A stretch of 63,907 bases of DNA, counting the filler, from Octopus bimaculoides (Eukaryota): assembly GCF_001194135.2 (NCBI RefSeq). It is 5 parts of 4 records of this genome, joined end to end, with 100 filler letters (N's around TTAATTAATTAA, not from the genome) between each part and the next. Parts side by side here need not be neighbours in the genome. Positions count along the whole stretch, not along the records: positions 6,553 to 15,898 come from NC_068983.1; positions 15,999 to 27,033 come from NC_068981.1; 3 more parts are not named here. The stretch is one strand, 5' to 3'. Shown piece after piece: positions 10,841-20,612 of the stretch (positions are counted from its first letter, which is position 1; each line of letters opens with the position of its first letter). A program made the position numbers and the translations under genes. The notes under the pieces are model-generated. The model ran no database searches. It worked only from the letters and a program-made list of their open reading frames with translations, and was not told the DNA's origin.

Positions 10841-11225
10841 TTTAGTCAAAAAATCGAACCATGTACTTATTGTTAAGTTTGGTACATATTCTATTCCATT
10901 GGTTACTTTGCCGAACCGCTATGTTACAGGGGCATGAACAAACCAATACCGGTCGGTAAGTGTTAGTCGGGGAATAACACAGAAGAAAAGATACACACAT
11001 ACACACAGACACACATGTATTTTTTCTGCGTTAATCTTCCACTAACGCCTACCAACCGGTATTGGTTTGTTTATACCCCTGTAGGCGGTTCAGCAAAGAG
11101 ACTAATAGAATAGAATAAGTACCAAACTTTAAAACAAGTACAGGCATTGATTTTCTCAACTAAAATCTTCAAGTCGGTGCTCCAGTATGACCACATTCCA
11201 ATGACTGAAACAAATAAAGGATATA
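10841..11225. mobile_element. Inverted pair of partial SINE family A copies
   Basis: About 10841-10966 (-) and about 11041-11225 (+) are mutual reverse complements over about 125 bp. Confidence 0.8.
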
Positions 11226-11268
11226 AGCTTTATTATTAAGTATCTGCGTATATATATGTATATTTCAG

Positions 11269-11379
11269 TTGATCCTTGCAGCAGTAATCCATGCAAAAAC
11301 GGAGGTGAATGCATGAAGCAAGGAAAGAACTTCAGCTGTGATTGTGAACCAGGATATAGAGGATATGATTGCTCAATAG
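11269..11379 (+). CDS. EGF-like exon 4: VDPCSSNPCKNGGECMKQGKNFSCDCEPGYRGYDCSI
   Basis: tatttcag| acceptor, |gtttga donor, 111 nt, phase 1-1. Confidence 0.93.
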
Positions 11380-12204
11380 GTTTGAAACTTTTTTTTATTT
11401 AAATTTAAATAATGATTATTTTTATAGGTTTGAGTAGATGAAAAACAATTAGGAAACTGAAAAAAAATATTAGTTTGCATACATATTCTTCCACGTTTAT
11501 TAACGAGTGAAACTTTTAAATGAAAAAATGTATCAACTGAGATTTAGTACAAAATATTGACTCCCTACTTTAATGCATTCTGGTTCCATCAATGGAAACA
11601 AAGCAGTCATTATATGTGGGCAGACTACTAAACTAACTACTGACGAAAAATCCACAGCATAAGCCTATTGTATTTATATAAATACTTATAGACATTCATA
11701 CTGGACTCTCTCTCTCTCTACCATCCTCCTTCTCTCCCTCTCCCCACTCTCTCTCCTTCTTTCTCTTTCTGTCTTAGCAACACAGCTTCAGAGAAAAAAA
11801 TCGCCACCAGACATATGGAGAAAATGTAATGGTGTTGGTGCTGGTGCCTTGGTTTGCTGAACAACCTACACGATGAATATTATTATTATAGAGGGCATGG
11901 TTTGTTCAGAGCTAGTCCCACTCCTTCGTAGTTATGAGGAAACACAATTTTAAAAGGGAAATATTTCCTTCGAACTGTGAAACTATTGAAGCTGTAAATA
12001 ATTGTTGAAAACACAAAGGTACATGCATTTTCTACACTAGAGTACTGTTCATATATCTAGTAAAAAATATAGCTGTTACATATATAAGCATGCTTGTCGG
12101 CATATGGAGAGGCCATCCCATTTACACATAAATATTTGACTTACTGAAAGATTACATCCACTAGAATCATTACGTGCTGATTCCTCCAAATATGTCTGCT
12201 ATAG

Positions 12205-12800
12205 TGGTTATAGATTTTTGTTTATCAAGCTGTGAGCATAAGTTTCTATCGAGGTAAACATCTAGTTATTTATAAATATATAAACGATCGGGATTAAGGT
12301 AAAATAAGAAAATACTTAAGTAGCACATATAAAGAACTACGATTTATCATTGATGTGACTATTAGTATAATGAGAGTTAACTTTCTAGACGTTGCCTTTG
12401 ATGTTAAGCTATATAAATATAAATCAGATAATAAACGAAATGAAAATATCATTTTCATCAGTAAATACTTCAATCCACTATCCACACATTAATCTCAACA
12501 ACTTAGTCAGCAGTATTAACGGAAGGACCTCCGACCCTCAGAAAAAGAACAATGGAATAATCCTTTAGAAGAAATTAAAGAACTCGCGAAGGAATAATTG
12601 GTTTACAGTAAACATTTTGCTTAATCCGAAATCTACACTGTGCTCAAGTAGCGAAACTAAAAACACAAAAATATTAACCGTTACATATTCTTCTTGAAAC
12701 TTTAAACCAAGTTTGCTAAGAAGTTCTTAAATTTGAATTGTAAATATTTTGCTACGATTCATAAACAATCCAAAATATTTAAGTGACAAAACTTAAGAAT
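12205..12800 (+). mobile_element. Decayed Penelope-like retroelement RT fragment
   Basis: Translates to FYRGKHLVIYK...KIRKYL...IMRVNFLDVAFDVKLYKYKSDNKRNENIIFISKYFNP...NNLVSSINGRTSD. This resembles the PLE pattern LYRDD...VNFLDVTFDL...Y.P..KPN...YI...SNHP...I.RRIS, with stops and frameshifts. Confidence 0.6.
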
Positions 12801-13545
12801 TAGTGACAATTGCCTCATCTTCATGGGGTACACCAATGTAGGCAAGTCAACCAACAGGCAACTTAAGCAACTTAATAAAGTCAAGAATGTAGACTCCACT
12901 TTGGTTGTGGACAGTTATGCGAAAGTTGCAGTCAATCAAAATAAGCGTGGACATCTTATGCAAAGCTGAATCTTACCAACAACAGTGTATATGTAATATA
13001 TATGTATATATATANNNNNNNNNNNNNNNNNNNNNNNNNNNNNNNNNNNNNNNNNNNNNNNNNNNNNNNNNNNNNNNNNNNNNNNNNNNNNNNNNNNNNN
13101 NNNNNNNNNNNNNNNNNNNNNNNNNNNNNNNNNNNNNNNNNNNNNNNNNNNNNNNNNNNNNNNNNNNNNNNNNNNNNNNNNNNNNNNNNNNNNNNNNNNN
13201 NNNNNNNNNNNNNNNNNNNNNNNNNNNNNNNNNNNNNNNNNNNNNNNNNNNNNNNNNNNNNNNNNNNNNNNNNNNNNNNNNNNNNNNNNNNNNNNNNNNN
13301 NNNNNNNNNNNNNNNNNNNNNNNNNNNNNNNNNNNNNNNNATATATATATATATATATATATATATACGTCGTTTATGCATCTACTTGAATGTGTTGTTT
13401 AGGGTTAGAAATGTAGGTGTGTATCTCTGAAGTATAACTTTTCTGAACAACCGATTTTTCTTCATTCAGTGCCTCTGTTTTCCAAAATGTAAAAAGAAAC
13501 TCCGTCAAATGTGAATTTTATCGAAATAATTTTTTTGTTTTTCAG

Positions 13546-13656
13546 TCGATCCATGTAGTAGTGATCCATGCGAAAATGATGGAAAATGTACAAACGCCGG
13601 CCACAATTTCACATGTAATTGTAATCAAGGTTTCAGAGGAACAGTTTGTTCTATAA
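13546..13656 (+). CDS. EGF-like exon 5: VDPCSSDPCENDGKCTNAGHNFTCNCNQGFRGTVCSI
   Basis: tttttcag| acceptor, |gtaaga donor, 111 nt, phase 1-1. Confidence 0.95.
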   Translation, partial: SIHVVVIHAKMMENVQTPATISHVIVIKVSEEQFVL

Positions 13657-13792
13657 GTAAGAAATAAGATTTAGTTTCCTGCTTGCTAACTTAGGTTCAC
13701 TTTGTGTTATCTCTTTAATCTTATTTTTTCCTATATAAAAGTATATTAACTTAATGTTTTTTATTTGTTTTTGCATTTTCTGTTTATTTCAG

Positions 13793-13903
13793 TTGATCCA
13801 TGTGGTATTAAACCGTGTCAAAATGGAGCGCTATGTTCAAACAAAGGATCGAACTTTACATGTCATTGTCTACCAGGGTTTGTAGGAGAAACATGCGAAA
13901 TAT
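13793..13903 (+). CDS. EGF-like exon 6: IDPCGIKPCQNGALCSNKGSNFTCHCLPGFVGETCEI
   Basis: tttatttcag| acceptor, |gtaagc donor, 111 nt, phase 1-1, preceded by a 136-nt intron. Confidence 0.95.
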
Positions 13904-14664
13904 GTAAGCGTCAAATTGCAGACCTTGTTTAACACGATTTTCGTTTGTTAAGGTTATATGTCTGTGCTCTCAGCACTGTTTGTATACCTGAGAGGATTTC
14001 TCTAATCCACGTTAAGTGAGATATAAAGATTACCGTTCGATATTAATACTGCTTCCGTCGCTAGCAGTTATCTTTTAATAAGCTTGCTGGTTATTTACGA
14101 CATAAGAGACTCAAAAGTCACAGTTATTCTACATATCGTTGGCAGTGAGATCTGGCTGGTATGCGCGAGAGGACGCCTGCCAATAAGGAAGCGTGATGTG
14201 ACAGTTCTGGCGCCCATGCCAGACGGTTTTTGTCTGCTGACCAATGCCTTGTGAATGAATTTGTTAGACGAAAATTATGTGACCTATTGTTCAACTAAAA
14301 GCCTTCAGGGCGGTGTCTTAACATGGCCGCAGTCCAGTGACTGAATCAAAGATGGAAGATAGAAGTTTGATATTTTTTAGTGTATTTAATCAACGTTTCT
14401 CTCTTCACTTCTTTTCTTCACTGTTAAAAGAAAAAAATTGGCCTTTAATTTTCATTTTCAACTAACTTCAGACTAACTAGTTTTAATATTTCTAGTTATG
14501 CCGTGCTGGATATTTCAGATCGAGAGTGAAATGATATTATCCGTGACTACTGAAAAATTTAGTAAAAGAATTATATGGAAATAATGTATGCTTTTTTCAT
14601 CACTTGATAATGATTTCTCGAAATAAGGAGGAAACAAAAGCGATTCTCTCCCCTTAAGTAGTAC

Positions 14665-14772
14665 TCTTCTTCCTTCTCTCTCTCTCTCTCTCTCTCTGCT
14701 CTCTCTCTCTGTCTCTTCTCTCTCCTCTCTTCTAATTCCTCTCTCCTTTCTCACCTCTCTCTTCTCTCTCTC

Positions 14773-14835
<63 letters not shown>
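14665..14835. repeat. (CT)n microsatellite
   Basis: Directly visible. Confidence 0.95.
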
Positions 14836-14966
14836 AGCAGTAGTAGTTCCCAGTCAGCCAACCATATATTTATTGATATATTTAAAATAATTATTCATAT
14901 GACAATTGCTTTATATTAATATGTTCTTTGATGTCGCAGTTCACTTTATTTTCTCATATTTTGCAG

Positions 14967-15077
14967 ACGATCCTTGCAGTAGTGATCCTTGCCAAAATGA
15001 AGGAATTTGCACAAATGAAAACTCAACCTTTAGCTGCTTGTGCATGCCTGGATATACGAAATCAGATTGTTCCGTTG
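14967..15077 (+). CDS. EGF-like exon 7: YDPCSSDPCQNEGICTNENSTFSCLCMPGYTKSDCSV
   Basis: ttttgcag| acceptor, |gtatga donor, 111 nt, phase 1-1. Contained in ORF 14906..15103. Confidence 0.95.
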
Positions 15078-15141
15078 GTATGAAAATTGTATATATAATT
15101 TAATTCATAAATACTTAGGCTAATTAGCGCATTGTGTAACC

Positions 15142-15458
15142 GGCACTCCACCGGTTACAACGGCAGGGGTTCCAGTTGATCCGATCAACAGAACAGCCTG
15201 CTCGTAAGATTAACATACCAATAGCTGAGCATTCCACATACACGAGTACCCTTAACGTAGTTCTCAGAGTGCTTCAGCAAGACACAGAACGTGTTAAGGC
15301 TAGCCCTTTGAATGCTAGGTACAACTCATTTTTGCCAACTGAATTGATTGGAGAAACGTGAAATAAAATGTCAGGCTCAGAGACACGATATGTCGACGGA
15401 AATCGAACTAAGACTTTACCATTGTAAGCTGAATACCTTAACCACTTAGCCACGCACT
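15142..15458 (-). mobile_element. SINE family C
   Basis: Reverse complement of the tail of 5649-6025, with a tRNA-like head at about 15400-15458. Confidence 0.8.
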
Positions 15459-15524
15459 TGTGATATTATCACTATTGTATCCCAGCACACGGAAAAGCAT
15501 AAGGACATACACATTGCATGTATG

Positions 15525-15583
<59 letters not shown>

Positions 15584-15590
15584 GTACATA

Positions 15591-15808
15591 TATATTAAAG
15601 TTCGATAAGGCTGGTTTATGGAATTACCTTAGGTTTCATGTCCAAAAAGTCTATCTAGCGAGTGGCCTCTCTTGCATACGGGGTAATTTCTTCCTCCATA
15701 TCTTAGAGAGGCCTTTAGCCAACATATTTTTGGATCTGATGATACGCCATAAAACTAAGCCCCCTTATGGACGTGAAACCTAAGGTAATCCCATAAGCCG
15801 GCCTTATC
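15591..15808. mobile_element. MITE with about 55-bp TIRs (long form)
   Basis: TATATTAAAGTTCGATAAGGCTGGTTTATGG...CCATAAGCCGGCCTTATC, the same TIR as 29796-29920. Confidence 0.8.
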
Positions 15809-15813
15809 CATCC

Positions 15814-15879
<66 letters not shown>

Positions 15880-16251
15880 ATATGTATATATATATATANN
15901 NNNNNNNNNNNNNNNNNNNNNNNNNNNNNNNNNNNNNNNNNNTTAATTAATTAANNNNNNNNNNNNNNNNNNNNNNNNNNNNNNNNNNNNNNNNNNNNGA
16001 GCGGGAAGTCGGCCTCGTTGAAAACCTTAGCCATATTCGTTTTAAAGAATATGGCTAGGAACGAGGAAGATATGTTTGAATTTTTGGAAATAAGGCTCTA
16101 AATAGAGCTATTTCCGATTTGAAAAATATATGTTCACGAAGTATTTTGTGTTATACACAACTTATACACAATTTTAAAACAAAATAGGTCTTTTAAGAGG
16201 TGAAAAATGCAACTTACATGGGAGCCGATGTGTCTACCGTCCGTCCATGAT

Positions 16252-16290
<39 letters not shown>

Positions 16291-16849
16291 GTAAAAATGG
16301 AGGTAGGGAGGCAGAGAGGAAGGGAGACATTAGTGCAAGTGAGAGAAAGGTAGATAGGCACAAGACAGACATCGGTATTTACTGACTGCTTGCAACCTTG
16401 TATACTTTGAAAATACGTGCATGCGTAAAAACAAACGAAAATTGACTATTGTATTAGTTTCATGTTGGATACGTAGTGTGGTATTTCAAACAAGAGAAAA
16501 TATAATGTTTCGCTGTTTGTATTTCTACTAATATATAATTATTACAATATTAAAGGAAATCCGTAGCCTTGGCTATCTTCTGTGCGTATTTGTCTCGCAG
16601 CAATATAAGATCTGGATTATGCTTCAAAGTATTTTCTGTCTTCCATCTTCCCTTTGTTTTCCTCTTAATATTCCTAATTCATTTTTCTTGATTCTCTCTC
16701 ACTTTCGCATCCATTCCATCATATGTACTGTATTCACTTTTCTTCATAAATATTCTTAAATATAGATAATGAAATAGTATTCTATGCTTTTCGATAATAC
16801 TGTCTCCAGTTTGAAGTTTGATCGTTACTTTATTCTTTTTTTCTTTCAG

Positions 16850-16894
16850 GATGAGAGAAACCAAATACTTACAACAAACTGCTGGCTCAATCAG
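16850..16894 (+). other. Candidate 45-nt exon
   Basis: Strong acceptor tattctttttttctttcag| and donor CAG|GTAAAT. Frame and gene assignment are unknown. Confidence 0.35.
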
Positions 16895-17325
16895 GTAAAT
16901 ATTCATTTACTTACATACACTCATAAACACTCATATACACATACACATATAACACTCATACACACATATACACATATACATATCCGTACCCACATGGACA
17001 CACACCTGAACTCATGTGCAAGTATACGCATACACACAAGCATATAAGCATTCACATACTTACACATACTAATATATATATTTACATAAAGAAGCATGCG
17101 TTTGAAGCCAGAAGACCTTGTATCGTAGTTTAATTCCCTGACATAGTTCGGAAGACACAGCATGCCACAATACTTAGGTTTTTATTGTAAAGATGAATTA
17201 CAAATAGCCATATACTGGTTGCTGTTACAGAAGAAGAGAATTGATAATTGGTATATTATTACACACATTCACATGCATATACATATATGCGTACATGGGT
17301 ACATACAGTCATATGTATGGATATG

Positions 17326-17392
<67 letters not shown>

Positions 17393-17849
17393 ATTGAATT
17401 TGGACGTCGCCGTGATAATGTTCGATTAACTTTTGATGTATGAATGGCCATTTAACTTGTGGTGTTACAAGTTGTGAACAAAGCGCTAATTGATTGCCAT
17501 ATCCATCTTTCTCTCTCTCGCCCTCTCCCTTCTCTCTCTCTCGCCCTCTCCCTTCTCTCTCTCTCTCTGTCTCTCTACCTCTTCCTCTTGCACAGTATCG
17601 TTCCTGACCTCACTTAGCACTGCCTCCATTCTCACCTGTTACTTCCACCACATAACTACCAATCTTTTCAATCTCCACCCATAAATTTACACCTCATCTC
17701 TTCTTATTCCAACTTCTGAGAACTACCCGATACACTTAGATAAGAATCCCCACCAATGGTTTAACCACCTGGTAAACTAGTTACACCTCATGCAGTTCCA
17801 TGATATTGTCTGCCTGATCATTGATTACAGATAAAAATATATCGAAATA

Positions 17850-17986
17850 CAGTAATTTCTCACTTTACGGAACCCGCTTTACAAGACTCCCGGGTTTACG
17901 AGTTGTTACTAGTTTTATTTCCTGTTTACGAGTTTTCGCTTTACAAACGTTCTCCAGGAATTAATTCGTATATCGAGGCATTACAG
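17850..17986. mobile_element. Tigger/pogo-like MITE
   Basis: TA-CAGTAATTTCTCACTTTACG at the left and CGTATATCGAGGCATTAC at the right form imperfect TIRs. Confidence 0.5.
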
Positions 17987-18526
17987 ATTCTGAGTTTTGA
18001 ACACATCATAAACCTAATGAAATATTGACTTTGTGCCTATAATATATTAAAGTTTCCTTGAATCATTTGTCTTTTAATCTATTATAACGGAGAATTAAAA
18101 AATTTTGTGGTATGGTTTTTAATATGATCTTAACAATCTTTGTAGTCCATATTCCTGCCAGTGGTCATTCTGAGTCATTTCTCTTCATTTTTCTTTTTGT
18201 TGTGTTAATTACCTTTGGCTATAAATGTTTTTTGTTGATGTTTGTATATATGTATTCTACCAGAGATATGTTAGCTCAACTATTAAGTTGATGACAGATA
18301 TTGGGACGTCAATATTGAAAAGTTTCCTTATTGACATAAGATTTGAAAATTCTTGCTTCTTCAGATTGCTGACCGTTCACATACTTAGATGTTTTAACAT
18401 GAACTTCTTCACACCTTTTTAAAGAAATAGCAATATATGAATAATGTATTTTGAATTGTTTAAATCCCTGGTCATACCACTAGCCATTCTGTATATATGA
18501 ATATACATAAATACGTACATACATGC

Positions 18527-18559
<33 letters not shown>

Positions 18560-18566
18560 CACACAT

Positions 18567-20612
18567 AGTTTCAATGTGGCTAGATTTTACTCTCTTTCCC
18601 ATTCATGGATGCTAGAAGTCCTTCAACTTGCTAAAGTTCTAGTGGGAATAGTCAAAGCCATAGCTGACCTGACTTCATCGTGGGCCATCATCTTGAAATT
18701 AAACACAAAGTGTGAATATATTATCACCGATAGAATACAATATCGCAAAGGCATATTCCAGGGAGACAGCCTCTCTGTGATGTTTATACTTTCTGTAAAC
18801 CCCTAGTCGTTCATGTTAAGGAAGTCGGAAGAGTATCTCACTGGTTCACAAGGAAACAGAAATACTAAAATTATACACTGTTTGTTTGTAGATGACTTAA
18901 AAATTTATGCAAAGAATATGCATGAGATGAAAAATATCCTTGACCTAGTTACAACTTTCTCAAAGGATGTAGGGTTGGAGTTTGGTCAGGATAAATGTTA
19001 TGTGGTTGTGCAAAGGGGAAAAACTATAAGCCAGACTAGTAGCAACACCGTCAAGGATTTGACTGTTTCCCTGTATCTGACGAGGTATGTTGCAGGTATA
19101 TATATCTTACAGTGACACCTGTAACAAAACACTTGTCACTAAAGAATATTACAGCCGAAAAAAGAAAATTTTAACCTCAGAACTCTCTGCATTCTAGAGA
19201 ACTGTGGCCCAAAAACTGTTTGCAGTGCCAGTACTCATACCAACATTTGGGCTGCTCGACTGGACGCTTTATGAGATCTGAGCCACCGATGTGAAAACCC
19301 GAAAAATACTAACATGCAAACATAATTTACAAATAAACAGTTATGTAGAACGCCTCAACCTAAAAAGTAAACAAGGCGGCAGAGGCTAAACATCGGTCCA
19401 AAATACCTTTAAACGTTGCATCATATCATTTTGTCAACATCTTTTAAACACCAAGCCTCGAAGTGCATCCCTTGACCAAGTTTGTATACATGAAGCGGAT
19501 AACATTATATGACTTGGAAGGCAGCTCCTTAAGCAACACTCTTTGATTACCTAGAATACATGCACGACTCTACCGCAATATATCATCAGATGAAAGGATG
19601 GGTCTATATGAGCAGAAGACTATACATCGATATGTTAGTAGAAAACTCAGTGATGATAGTAGCATCGATCATCAATGCAGTTTATCATGGACGAATAGTC
19701 GGATTATTTACCTCTCACTTTGAAGGGTATGTGTTTGCAATCCAGGAACAGGAAATATCAACTAAGTACAAAAGGGATAGAGATGCGGGAAAATCCGTAA
19801 AATGTGGCAACAGACTCTGTGGGGTTCACACTGAAGATAACATCCACATCATAAACAGTTATCAGAAAATGTCATCATGGTATTATCTACCGATGAGACA
19901 TGACGGTGTAGCTAGGACACACTATAATGAAATCCGCCGGAAGGATAATCCCTGAAGACATGGAAATAAAATCAACAATATGGTAAAGGCCATAGCCACT
20001 CACAATGAAAAAGAATACTAATGGAATGTACCTTAATAAAATGTAAGCACAACAGACCTGATATAATGATTTGGGAAATTAGTTGTGGAAATTGGCTGCC
20101 CAGCGGATGAGTGAAAAAGAGATCACCTATGCTGAACTATTGAGAAACCTACAGCTACTCTATCCAGATTATAAGTTCAGATTTATACCTGTAATTACTA
20201 GGGCCCTAGGATATGTAACACAGCCTAAATACCAATTTTGAGAAATTAGGCTGCTCAAAACCAGAAAATGAGAAAGGTAATTCGAAGGCTACAGATGCAA
20301 TCCATCACTGGAAATTGTAAAAATTTTTAAAACTTTCCAGAAGTTTATCATTTAAATATATATGAGCATGTCTTGATATGTAACTCTATGCATGAGAATA
20401 CATGCATAAAACATACAAATCTGCACATACATAAATGCATACATACATACATGCATGCATACAAGCATACATATATAAATACATATACACATATATACAA
20501 ACAAAAATACTCTGTTGTTGATGTTGAAATTCCAATGAAAGGACATTGGATCTAGGTTAAAAACCGGTTCTTTCTCTATTGGCAAGAAATCTTGCAATAA
20601 ACTGAATAATGA
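18567..20612 (+). mobile_element. 5'-truncated R4/Dong-clade (RLE-type) non-LTR retrotransposon, degenerate
   Basis: RT motifs SLSHSWMLEVL, KGIFQGDSLS, LFVDDLKIYAK, GLEFGQDKC; degenerate zinc knuckle RLCGVHTEDNIHII...RHDGVA; endonuclease KHNRPDIMI...YAELLRNLQLLYPDYKFRFIPVI. Multiple stops and frameshifts; flanked by (CATA)n. Confidence 0.88.

Noticed and set aside
6671-15077. Naming the EGF gene Notch, Crumbs, Slit or fibropellin
   Set aside because: Only generic EGF modules are visible, with no diagnostic domain (LNR, ankyrin, laminin G, LRR, CUB, avidin).
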